Of a stretch of 64,000 bases of DNA, positions 49,567 through 58,878 are shown one piece after another. Under the pieces are notes generated by a model that saw only the letters and a list, made by a program, of their open reading frames with translations, was not told the DNA's origin and searched no databases. Numbering within the stretch: the first letter of the stretch is position 1; each line of letters begins with the position of its first letter. The DNA is taken from NCBI GenBank assembly GCA_963775425.1, contig CAVZJB010000007.1, forward strand, positions 128,001 through 192,000, read 5' to 3'. A program made the translations under genes and the position numbers. Source of the DNA: an uncultured delta proteobacterium. Lineage in GTDB: Bacteria; Myxococcota; UBA727; VGSZ01.

Positions 49567-51882
49567 ATGTGGAAGCACTTCCTCCCAGAAGGCTTCAACG
49601 CCGTCGATGTCGTGAGCCTCTCCCGCCTGCCGGCCGTGGTGCTGGTGGTCGTCTCGGTGGCGCTGGCGGCGGCCGTGGTCCTGTCGTTCTTCGCAACCCA
49701 CGGCGCGCCGCCGCGGGTGCGCGCCGGGCTGCTCGCGCTCCGCGCGGGGCTCGCGCTCGCCTTGCTCGCGCTCGTCCTCGAGCCCGGGCTGCGCCTGATG
49801 GCCACGAGCCGCGAGGCCAACCGCGTCGTCGTCGCCGTGGACACGTCGGGCTCCATGGCCGAGACCGACGGCGACGGCGGCACCGCGCGCGAGAAGCGGG
49901 CGGCGCAGGCCGCCGGCGACATCGTGAAGGATCTCCTCGCGCGGGAGCAGCCGTTCGCCCCCGAGGTGTGGCTCTTCGACGACGGTTGGCGCCGCGCAGG
50001 CCCCGAAGAGCTCCAAAAGCTCGCCGTGGGCGAAGAGGCGCCCGAGGGCAAGGGCAGCAAGCTCGCGCTGCCGGTGACCTCGGTGCCGGTGGGCGACAGC
50101 GAGAAGCCGCTGGGCGGCCTCGTCGTCATCAGCGACGGCGCCGACACCACCGGCCTCACCGGCTCGCTCACCGCGGAGCTGCGGGACGCCGCGCGCGCCC
50201 TCGGGGCGCCGGTGCACACCGTCCTCGTCGGAGAGCCGGCGCACTTCAAGGACGTGGCGCTGTCTGCCGGCGTCGTCGACGAGCTGGCGTTCGTGAGGAA
50301 CAAGCTGGTCGTCGACGTCACCGTGCGCCACAAGGGCTACGCCGGGCAGGAGGTGCCCCTGGTCCTGAAGGAAGACGGCCGCGTGGTGTCCACGACGTCG
50401 GTGCTGCTCGAGGGAGACACCGGCGAGCAGAAGGCGAGCTTCACCTACGAGCCGCAGCGCGCGGGAAAGCGCATCTACACCGTGGAGGCGCCGGCGCTGC
50501 CCGACGAGGTGGTCGTCGAGAACAACCGCGTCGACTTCACCCTCAAGCTCATCCGCGATCGCATCCGCGTGTTGCAGGTGGCGGGGCGGCCTTCGTGGGA
50601 CGAGCGCTTCGTGCGACGCCTGTTGAAGGAGAACCCCAGCGTCGACCTCATCTCGTTCTTCATCCTGCGCAGCATCACCGACGTCGCCAACGCCTCCAAC
50701 CGCGAGCTGTCGCTGATCCCGTTCCCCACCAAGGAGCTGTTCACGGAAGAGCTCGGCACGTTCGACGTCGTCATCTTCCAGGACTTCAACTTCCGCCCGT
50801 ACAACATGGGCATCTACCTCGAGAACGTGAAGCGCTTCGTCGAGGACTCCGGCGGCGGCTTCATGATGATCGGCGGTGATCTCTCGTTCTCGGAAGGCGA
50901 GTACGACGGCACCCCCATCGCCGACATCCTCCCGGTGAAGCTCCTCCCGGGGACGGGACACACCTCGACGGAGCCGTTCACGCCGCTCGTCACCGACGCG
51001 GGCAAGAACCACCCGATCACGGACCTCGGCGACGTCACGTCGGGTGAGGGCTACGACGCGCTGCCGCCGCTCGAGGGCGTGAACCTCACGGCGGGCCTCG
51101 CCGACGGCGCGGAGACGCTGCTGGCGCACCCGTTCCTCAACGTCGCCGGCGGGCCGGCGCCCGTGGTGGCCGTGCGCGAGGTGGGCAAGGGCCGGACCAT
51201 GGCGGTGCTGACGGACTCCACGTGGATGTGGTCGCTGCCGCACGTCGGCAACGGCGGCCGCGGCGACGCCCACCGTCGCTTCTACGCAAACGCCCTGCGC
51301 TGGCTCATCCGGGACCCGGAGCTGTCGCGCGCGAAGATCGTCGTGGACCTGCCCGACGCCGCGAAGGGCATCGAGCCGGGCGCTCCGGTGCCGCTCGAGG
51401 TGCGTACGTTCAACGCGAAGTACCAGCCCGAGGGAGCGGACGCGGTGCAGCTCACGCTGACGCCGCTCGACGCGCCGGGGACGACACCGGTGGTCCTCGA
51501 CGGGGTCACGGCGAGCGACGGCACGTATCGCGCGTCGTTCACGCCGCCGACCCCGGGCGCGTGGCGCGCGCGGGTCGAGGCCAAGGCGGCAGACGGCAAG
51601 TCCATCGGCTCCGACGAGGACGCGTTCGTGGTGCGGGCGACGGCCACGGAGAAGCTGCACCGCGAGCCGCGCCCGGACGTCATGCAGGCGCTCGCGCAGG
51701 CCGGCGGCGGCAAGGCCGTCGGCGCCGACGCCGTCGCGGGGCTCCCCTTCATCGACCACGGGGTCGAGCGCGTGCACCGGCAGAAGACGGAGCCCCTGTG
51801 GAACCGCGGCGTCTCCATCGCCATCGTCGTGCTCCTCGGCGGCCTCGAGTGGTGGTGGCGCCGTCGCCGCGGCTTCGCCTGA
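49567..51882 (+). CDS. Membrane protein with VWA-like and glutamine-amidotransferase-like domains
   Basis: VDTSGSM, ISDG, GRPSWDERF, DLISFFILR, GGGFMMIGG, EWWWRRRRG C-terminus. Confidence 0.85.
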   Translation: MWKHFLPEGFNAVDVVSLSRLPAVVLVVVSVALAAAVVLSFFATHGAPPRVRAGLLALRAGLALALLALVLEPGLRLMATSREANRVVVAVDTSGSMAETDGDGGTAREKRAAQAAGDIVKDLLAREQPFAPEVWLFDDGWRRAGPEELQKLAVGEEAPEGKGSKLALPVTSVPVGDSEKPLGGLVVISDGADTTGLTGSLTAELRDAARALGAPVHTVLVGEPAHFKDVALSAGVVDELAFVRNKLVVDVTVRHKGYAGQEVPLVLKEDGRVVSTTSVLLEGDTGEQKASFTYEPQRAGKRIYTVEAPALPDEVVVENNRVDFTLKLIRDRIRVLQVAGRPSWDERFVRRLLKENPSVDLISFFILRSITDVANASNRELSLIPFPTKELFTEELGTFDVVIFQDFNFRPYNMGIYLENVKRFVEDSGGGFMMIGGDLSFSEGEYDGTPIADILPVKLLPGTGHTSTEPFTPLVTDAGKNHPITDLGDVTSGEGYDALPPLEGVNLTAGLADGAETLLAHPFLNVAGGPAPVVAVREVGKGRTMAVLTDSTWMWSLPHVGNGGRGDAHRRFYANALRWLIRDPELSRAKIVVDLPDAAKGIEPGAPVPLEVRTFNAKYQPEGADAVQLTLTPLDAPGTTPVVLDGVTASDGTYRASFTPPTPGAWRARVEAKAADGKSIGSDEDAFVVRATATEKLHREPRPDVMQALAQAGGGKAVGADAVAGLPFIDHGVERVHRQKTEPLWNRGVSIAIVVLLGGLEWWWRRRRGFA

Positions 51883-52022
51883 CCCGGCAGCGTGACGACG
51901 TCTCGGCGGCCGGAGGTGACGGTCGCCGTTCGAGCCTTCCCCGGCGCTGATCGCCGTCCGGTTCCTCGACCGAGGCCCGCCTTTGCCCTAGATTGACGGG
52001 GCCACGCACGCGGGGAGAGGCC

Positions 52023-52826
52023 ATGGCGAAGAAGAAGGCCGCAACGAAGAAGCCGGCGAAGGCCGCGAAGAAGAGCGCAGCGAAGAAGAGCGCTGCGAAG
52101 AAGAGCGCTGCGAAGAAGGGCGCTGCGAAGAAGGGCGCTGCGAAGAAGAGCGCCGCGGCGAAGAAGGGCGCTGCGAGGAAGGCGCGGGGGAAAAAGAGCG
52201 CTGCACAGAAGAGGGCGCCGGCGAAGAAGGCGAAGGCCACCGCGAAGAAGAAGAGCGCTGCGAAGAAGAGCGCCGCGGCGAAGAAAGGGCCCGCGGCGAA
52301 GAAGGCGCCCGCGGCGAAGGCGGCGACGGCGGCGAAGAAGGCGCCCGCGGCGAAGGTGGCGGCGGCGGCGGCGCCGGGGAAGAAGGTGGCCAAGGTCGCC
52401 GACGTCGCGAAGGTGGCGAAGATCGGGCCGAAGCCGACGACGACGATCGTGCAGCACGTGTTCATCCAGGCCACGCCCAACGACGTGTTCGACGCGTTGG
52501 TGCAGCCGTCCATCGCCGCCACGGTGATCGGCGGCGAGTGCACGGGGGACGCGCAGGTCGGTGGCTCGTTCACGCATTGGAACGACTACATCCAAGGCAA
52601 GCACCTCGAGCTCGTCCGGGGCGAGCGCATCGTGCAGGAGTGGACGACGACGGAGTGGCCCAAGGGCGCGCCGCCCTCGCGGCTCGAGCTGCAGCTCGTC
52701 GGGACGGGCGGCGGCACGGAGCTGACGATGACGCACTCGAGCGTGCCGTCGGAGCAGGCCGAGGACTATCGCCAGGGCTGGATCGACTACTACTGGACCC
52801 CGATGCGCGCTCACTTCGGCGGCTGA
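52023..52826 (+). CDS. Histone H1-like Lys/Ala repeat region fused to an SRPBCC/AHSA1 domain
   Basis: About 130 aa of AAKKS/AAKKG/APAAK repeats, then ATPNDVFDAL...RIVQEW...LTMTHSSVP...GWIDYYW. Confidence 0.85.
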   Translation: MAKKKAATKKPAKAAKKSAAKKSAAKKSAAKKGAAKKGAAKKSAAAKKGAARKARGKKSAAQKRAPAKKAKATAKKKSAAKKSAAAKKGPAAKKAPAAKAATAAKKAPAAKVAAAAAPGKKVAKVADVAKVAKIGPKPTTTIVQHVFIQATPNDVFDALVQPSIAATVIGGECTGDAQVGGSFTHWNDYIQGKHLELVRGERIVQEWTTTEWPKGAPPSRLELQLVGTGGGTELTMTHSSVPSEQAEDYRQGWIDYYWTPMRAHFGG

Positions 52827-52847
52827 AGCTCGCGGCGGCGCGGTCCG

Positions 52848-54347
52848 TCAGCGGGGACGCAGGGCGTCGACGAGCGGGTGCGCTTTCATGCGTTCGACCG
52901 CGGCTTCCCCCTCGCGCGCGGCGAGGCTCTCGACATGGTGATAGAGGGCCGCGCCCTCCTTTTCGTGCAGCGGCAGAGCGCCTGCCTCGAGCAAAAGGTC
53001 GGCGGCGGCGCGCCCGTCGGGGATGCGGTCGCTCGGGTCCATCGCGCACAGCCGGGCGAGCACGCGCTCGATGGCGCGGCGTCGCGGACCGACGGGCAAC
53101 GACGGCAGGCCCGGCGGCTTGCCGTAGGGAGGCAGGCGCCCGTCGATGCACTCGGCGATGACGAGGCCGGCCATGTAGAGGTCCGCCGGAGCGCCGGCGT
53201 GACCCGTGGCGCGATGCTCGGGCGCCATGTACGCGCGCGTGCCGGCGAGCGCGCCCATCTCCCGCATGCCCGCCGTGCCGAAGTCGCACAGCATGAGCTG
53301 GCCCTCGTGAAAGAGCAGGTTCGAAGGCTTGATGTCGAGGTGGACGTGACCCGCCTCGTGGATGTCTGCGAGCGTACGCAACAACACGGCCCCGAGCTCC
53401 ACGGCGTCGCTGTGGCGCAGCTTCTTCTCGGTGGCGATGCGCTTTTGCAGCGAGCCGCCGTCGCACAGCGCCATGACGAGCAGGTCGCGGCCCTCGTCGA
53501 GGTCGAGGATGGGCACGATGTGCGGGTGGTCGAACGAGCCCGCGATGCGCGCCTCCTGCACGATGCGCGCGCGCCGCTCGGCCGCCGCGCCGCGCGCGTG
53601 GAAGATCTTGAGCGCCACCTCGCGCCCGATCACCCGATCGCGCGCGCGAAACACGGTGGCAGCGCCGCCGCGACCAATCTCGTCGACGACGGCGTAGCGC
53701 GAGCCCGCCGCGCGCGCGCCGAGGAAGCGCGCGAGCACGCGGCGCGCGTCGTCGCCCTTGTGCAGCTCATTGCCCGCGCGCATCCGCCGGGCGCGCGCCT
53801 TGGGCTGCGCGAGGGTGATGTCGACGGCGAGCACCTGCTCGTAGCGCAACAGCGCCGTGTCGATGTCGCCCTCGGCCTCGGCGATCTCCGCCAGCGCCGT
53901 CAGCGCGAACGCCGCGTGCTCGCCGCAATCGACGGCGCTGAAGTCGACCAGCTTCTCGAGCAAGGTCCTGGCGCGCGCGCGATCGCCGCGGTGGAGCAGG
54001 CGCTCGGCGAGCACGCGCCGCAGCGCCTTCGACGGCGTCACCAACAGCGCGTCGGCGAGCAACGCGTCCGCCGCCTTGCCGCGGCCGCCGGCGTCGAGCG
54101 CGGCGAGCTCCACCGACAGCTCCGCGCTCTCCGCGTAGGCGCGGCCCGCGGCGTCGGCGGTGAGGCGCGCCCGCGCGCGGCGCAGGTTGTCGTCGAGGGG
54201 ATCGGTGAGCCGCGGCGGCGCCCCGTCCCCGGCCGAGCCGTCTCCGGCCGAGCCGCCACCGTCGCCGTCGGGGCGTGGCGGCAGCGGGGGGGCGGGCTTG
54301 TCGTCCTCCTTGAGGAACCCCTTCAGCCAGCGATCGAGCATGCCCAC
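52848..54347 (-). CDS. Ser/Thr protein kinase with N-terminal TPR-like region
   Basis: IGRGGAATVF, VALK, HLDIKPSN, CDFG, GTRAYMAPE. TACAAT 7 nt upstream of GTG 54347. Confidence 0.9.
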   Translation of the reverse strand: MGMLDRWLKGFLKEDDKPAPPLPPRPDGDGGGSAGDGSAGDGAPPRLTDPLDDNLRRARARLTADAAGRAYAESAELSVELAALDAGGRGKAADALLADALLVTPSKALRRVLAERLLHRGDRARARTLLEKLVDFSAVDCGEHAAFALTALAEIAEAEGDIDTALLRYEQVLAVDITLAQPKARARRMRAGNELHKGDDARRVLARFLGARAAGSRYAVVDEIGRGGAATVFRARDRVIGREVALKIFHARGAAAERRARIVQEARIAGSFDHPHIVPILDLDEGRDLLVMALCDGGSLQKRIATEKKLRHSDAVELGAVLLRTLADIHEAGHVHLDIKPSNLLFHEGQLMLCDFGTAGMREMGALAGTRAYMAPEHRATGHAGAPADLYMAGLVIAECIDGRLPPYGKPPGLPSLPVGPRRRAIERVLARLCAMDPSDRIPDGRAAADLLLEAGALPLHEKEGAALYHHVESLAAREGEAAVERMKAHPLVDALRPR

Positions 54348-54370
54348 GCCCGCCATTGTACAACGTCGCC

Positions 54371-54570
54371 GTGCGCCCGGCCGGCCCCTCCCCGCTCCGC
54401 GCCGCCGCCGCCGCCGCCGTCGTCGTCGCCGGGGTCGCCGGGGTCGCGTGCGCGAGGCGGCCGGCGCCGGCGCGCGTCGAGGCGGCGCCGCGGCACCGGG
54501 GAACGCGCGCGGCGTGCTCGAGGTGCACTGCGGGCTGTGTCATCTGCGGCCCGGGATCGGCGGGCCGTGA
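54371..54570 (+). pseudogene. Remnant of a c-type cytochrome lipoprotein
   Basis: Signal plus AGVAC lipobox-like motif in one frame. ARGVLEVHCGLCH (CxxCH) then an early stop in another frame. Confidence 0.45.
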
Positions 54571-54576
54571 CGCGCG

Positions 54577-56241
54577 TCAGCGACGGCGCAACCGGCGAAC
54601 GACCCCGCCGAAGAGCGCGCGCGCGTGCGGCACCCCCGCGGCGCCGGTGACGGCGAAGTAGACGACGCCGTAGGCGCCGAGCACCAGCGCCGCCACGAGC
54701 TGCGGCTGGCCGCCCGCGACGAGGAGCTTCACGCCGAAGCCGGCGGCGGCGGCGGCGAGCGCGGCGGCCCACAGCAGCGCGAGCGCCTTGAGCGGGACGC
54801 CGGTCGTGCCAATTCGACGATTGAGCGCACGTCGAAGCAAGACGAACTCCACCCAGCCCGCGGCGCCCGCCGACGCCGTCAGGCCGGGCAGGCCCCAGGC
54901 GTGGTCGACGCCGAGCAGGTCCGGCAGCACCAGCGCGGCGAACGCGCCGAGCCCGGTGGTGAGCGCCACGCGGATGACGGCGAACCACAACGGCGTTCGC
55001 GTGTCTTTGAGCGCGTAGAACGCCGACGCGTACAGCCGGCCGAGCGTGGACGCGAGGAGCCCCACTGCGGAGCCGGCGAGCGTGGCCCACACGTGCAGCG
55101 CGTCGTCGTGGCTGAAGCGGCCGGTCTGAAAGAGCGCCTGGGCGACGACGTCGCCCAGCGCGAGGAACGCCACCGCCGACGGCACCACGAAGAACGCGAT
55201 GCGCCCGAGGCCGGCGTCGAGCCGCGCGCGCAGGGCCTCCCGGGCGACCGCGGGGAGCGGCGCCGTGGGATCGGCCTCGGCGTCGCCGGACATGGCCGGC
55301 AACGCGGCCGCCGACACCGCGATACCGAACAGGCTCACCGGCAGCGTGTACAGCGTCTGCGCGTACATCAACGTGGCCACGGAGCCGGTCGGCAACCACG
55401 AAGCGAGCACGGTGTCGACGTAGGCGCTGATCTGCACCACGCCGCGGCTCACGAACGCGGGGCCGAAGTTGCGCACCGCGGTGCGCACGTTTTCATCGGC
55501 GACGTCGATGACCGGACGCAGGTGCCGGGCGAGCGTCAACACCGTCGGCATCTGCACCAGCAGTTGCAGCGCGCTGCCGACGACGCTGGCCCACGCGAGG
55601 AGGACGGCGAGGTCGGCGGGCGCGTTGTTCGGACCGAAGCCGATGAGGGCGGCGATCATCGCGGCGTTCCACGCCACCGGCGCCGCGTACGACAGCAAGA
55701 ACCGCCGGTGGCTGTTGAGGACGCCCAGGCACCACGCCGACAAGACGAGCAGACCGGCGCCGGGGAAGAGCACGCGCACCAGGCGGATGGTGAGCGCCTC
55801 GGTGTCGCCGGAGAAGCCGGGCGCGAGCACGGCGACGAGCCACGGCGCGGCGAGCACGCCGACGAGGACGAGGGCGGTGGTGGCGAGCGCGAGGATGGCA
55901 CCGACGGCGCCGGCGACGCGGTCGGCCTCCTTGTTGTCGCCCTTCTTGAGCAGCCCCGCGTACACCGGGATGAACGACGCCGACAGCGCGCCCTCGCCGA
56001 AGAGGTTCTGCAGGAAGTTGGGGATGCGAAACGCGGCGTTGAACGCGTCGGCGGCGGCGGCGGTGCCGAAGAAGTGCGCGAACGCCGTCTGCCGCACGAG
56101 CCCGGCCACGCGCGACAACAAGATGCCCGCCGCGACGAGGACGGCGTGGCGCCCGGAGCCGTCGCCGCTCGCCGCGGCGCCCGCGTCGGGGGCGCGCGCG
56201 GCGGCGGCGGTGTCTTCGCGCATAGACGGCGGAGCGCTCAC
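54577..56241 (-). CDS. murJ: Lipid II flippase MurJ (MviN)
   Basis: SRVAGLVR, ADAFNAAFRIPNFLQNLFGEGALSASFIP, LPVSLFG, FYALKDTRTP. Confidence 0.96.
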   Translation of the reverse strand: MSAPPSMREDTAAAARAPDAGAAASGDGSGRHAVLVAAGILLSRVAGLVRQTAFAHFFGTAAAADAFNAAFRIPNFLQNLFGEGALSASFIPVYAGLLKKGDNKEADRVAGAVGAILALATTALVLVGVLAAPWLVAVLAPGFSGDTEALTIRLVRVLFPGAGLLVLSAWCLGVLNSHRRFLLSYAAPVAWNAAMIAALIGFGPNNAPADLAVLLAWASVVGSALQLLVQMPTVLTLARHLRPVIDVADENVRTAVRNFGPAFVSRGVVQISAYVDTVLASWLPTGSVATLMYAQTLYTLPVSLFGIAVSAAALPAMSGDAEADPTAPLPAVAREALRARLDAGLGRIAFFVVPSAVAFLALGDVVAQALFQTGRFSHDDALHVWATLAGSAVGLLASTLGRLYASAFYALKDTRTPLWFAVIRVALTTGLGAFAALVLPDLLGVDHAWGLPGLTASAGAAGWVEFVLLRRALNRRIGTTGVPLKALALLWAAALAAAAAGFGVKLLVAGGQPQLVAALVLGAYGVVYFAVTGAAGVPHARALFGGVVRRLRRR

Positions 56242-56335
56242 ATCCGTTGCGTACCACGCCGGCCCCGGCGTGGCGCGTGCGGCGTGGGGCGCGCCCGACG
56301 ACGGGGCCGCGCCGGGCGGCCCCGCCGGCGGCCGC

Positions 56336-57630
56336 TCACGGCGACGACGTCAGGTAGCGCAGCTCGAACGCCGAGTCGATCGACGCGCCGGCCATGTTGG
56401 TGCAGCCGACCGAGATCGCGGTGCGGTCCGAGTAACGGCCCCAACCCTTCACGCGACAGCGCGCCGCCGTGGTCCCCGTCGCCGTCACCTGCACGTGATC
56501 GTTCGTCACGCTCGAGCTGCGAGGGACGTTCACCACGTAGTTGCCGGCGGACGACGTCGTCGCGTAGACCGCCGACGACGACAGCGCGTTGTACTGCCAG
56601 TTGAGCGGGACCGTCGCCTGCCCGTCGTGGATCGTGACGCGCGCGTACGCGCCCTTCCTCCTCGCCGCGCCCGCCGGCGACGGCACCGCCTGCTGCGTGA
56701 GGCTCAGCGTGAACATCGAGTCGGCCGGCGCGCCGGCCGGGGTGAAGCACGCGACCTCGAGGAGCGCCGCCCCGCCCATGGACCGCCAGCGGCGGAGCTG
56801 GCAGCGCTGGTTCGACCCGCCGTAGGCGCTCACCTGCGCGCTCGCGCCGGTGCTCGACTGCCCCGGCAGCGTCACCTGATAAACGCCCGTCGCCAGCCGG
56901 CGGATGGTGCTCGGATCGCCGCCGTCGTTGAAGGCGTAGCTCGCGCTCGGCGTGTAGGCAGCCGTCGTCGGGCTGTGCGCCCACAAGTACGCGAGCTCCG
57001 GCGTGTGGTCCTGCGGCGCGGGCGCGACGAGCGCTTCGCGGTGGAACTGGACGTCGTAGCGCGCGTCGGCCGCGGCGCCCGCGCCGTCGTAGCAGCGCAC
57101 CGACGTCATCAGCGCACCGCCGCTCGACCACCAGCCGCCCACCTTGCACGCGCGATCGTCGCCGTACGCGCTCACCTGCACGTCGCCGCCGGAGCCGCCG
57201 AGGCCGGCGAACGACACCGTGTAGCTGCCCACCCCGCCGCGCGTGATGGTGATCGGCTGCCCGCTCGACGACCAACTGTAGGCGGACGAGGCCGTATAGC
57301 TCGACGTCGTCGGCGCGTACGCCCACGCGAACCCGCTCGCGCCGGTCCGCTGGGGCTCGGGCCACGGGCCGGTGGCGCGGGAATTCTCGTGGCCGTCGCC
57401 GTCGGTGACGGTGACGACGAGCGGGAAGCGGCTCGGCTCCCCGGGGATCTCGTAGATGTTGTCCGCGTAGAGGATGGCGTCCGTGCCGAGGAGCCTCCCC
57501 TGGGCGTCGGTCCTGACGGTGAAGTCCCCGAGCTGCACCGAGAGCCCGTCGAGCAACTGCCGCCGCCGGTGAAGATCGACGATCCGACCAGGGCGAGCAC
57601 ATACGGCAACGGCGCCTTCTTGTTCTGCAT
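56336..57630 (-). pseudogene. Secreted protein with three ~110-aa beta repeats, frameshifted near 57560
   Basis: GAGGAGG RBS and ATG 57630 with a signal peptide in one frame. The body (QLLDGLSV..., repeats with TR.G.G.Y.V...VQVSAYG...C.V.W...V.C...G..AD..F) is in another frame. Confidence 0.7.
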
Positions 57631-57717
57631 GGGAGACCTCCTCATGCACCAAGCGGTACCGCGCGCGCCGGCCGCGGCGTCAGGGCAAGAGTTTTTGCAT
57701 GCGGCGGCGGCGCTCTC

Positions 57718-58878
57718 TCAGGCGGCGTCGAGGGCGCGCGTGAGGTCGTCGACGAGGTCCCGGGCGTCTTCGATGCCGATCGACAAGCGCAGCAGATCCG
57801 GCGGCGTCGGCGAGCCCGGCGGCTCCACGCTCGCGCGGTGCTCGACGAGGCTCTCCACGCCCCCGAGCGACGTCGCCCGCGCGAACACCTCGAGCCGCGA
57901 CGCCACCGCCAGCGCCCGCGCCGCCCCGCCCTTCACGCGCACGCTCACGAGCGCGCCGAAGCCGCCGCGCATCTGCGCGCGCGCGACGTCGTGATTCCTG
58001 TGACTCGAGAGGCCCGGGTAGAGCACCTCCTCGACGTCGTCCCGGCTGGCGAGGAGCTCGGCGATGCCCGCGGCGGTGCCGCTCGCGCGCGCCACCCGCA
58101 AAAACAGCGTGCGCAGCCCGCGCTGCAGGAGCCAACACTCGAACGGTCCGGGGAGCGCGCCCTGGTCGTGGCGGTGGGCGCAGACGGCGGCCCAGCTCTC
58201 GTCGAGCGCGCGGGTGACGACGGCGCCCGCGAGGACGTCGCTGTGGCCGTTCAAGGACTTGGTCGCCGAATGCATCACGAGATCGGCGCCGAGGGCGAGC
58301 GGCTGCGTGTGCACCGGCGTGGCCGCGGTGTTGTCGACGCACAGGAGCGCGCCCACGGAGTGGGCGGCGACGGCGGCGGCGGCGATGTCGACGACGTCGA
58401 GCGTGGGGTTGCCCGGCGTCTCCACCCACACCACCCGCGGCCTGGCGTCGGCGACGGCGGCGGCGAGCGCGGCGGCGTCGCGGCCGTCGGCGAACACGAC
58501 GCGCACGCCGAAGCGCGCGCCGAACTGCGTGAGCCAGTGGCGCACCCCGAAGTACATCACCGAGGTGGCGACGACGGCGTCGCCGGGGCGACACAAGGAG
58601 AGGAACACCGCGGCCGCCGCCGACAGCCCCGACGAGAACAGCCGCGCCTCGCGCCCGCCCTCGAGCGCCGCGATGACGCGCTCCGCCTGCGCGGCGTTTT
58701 CGTGGTCGTCGCGCAAGTAGAGCCGGCGGTCCGCGAGCGCGTAGTCCGTGTCGCGCACGAACGTCGTCGACGGCGCGATGCCGGGGACGAGCGGGCCCGG
58801 GCGCGGGGCTTCCCCGCCCTGTGCGCAGAGCGTCTCGAGCGTGACGTCGCGGCCTGCGGTGTTGTCCGTCGCCGTCAC
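57718..58878 (-). CDS. Cys/Met metabolism PLP enzyme (cystathionine gamma-synthase/lyase family)
   Basis: FSSGLSA, WVETPGNP, VDNT, HSATKSLNGHSD, ATSLGGVESL, LRLSIGIE. Confidence 0.92.
   Translation of the reverse strand: MTATDNTAGRDVTLETLCAQGGEAPRPGPLVPGIAPSTTFVRDTDYALADRRLYLRDDHENAAQAERVIAALEGGREARLFSSGLSAAAAVFLSLCRPGDAVVATSVMYFGVRHWLTQFGARFGVRVVFADGRDAAALAAAVADARPRVVWVETPGNPTLDVVDIAAAAVAAHSVGALLCVDNTAATPVHTQPLALGADLVMHSATKSLNGHSDVLAGAVVTRALDESWAAVCAHRHDQGALPGPFECWLLQRGLRTLFLRVARASGTAAGIAELLASRDDVEEVLYPGLSSHRNHDVARAQMRGGFGALVSVRVKGGAARALAVASRLEVFARATSLGGVESLVEHRASVEPPGSPTPPDLLRLSIGIEDARDLVDDLTRALDAA

Noticed and set aside
48801-51882. DUF4159 plus VWA/GATase membrane protein pair as a novel system
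   Set aside because: A widespread known pairing usually linked to MoxR-type operons. Nothing unusual is visible here apart from the other genes being absent.
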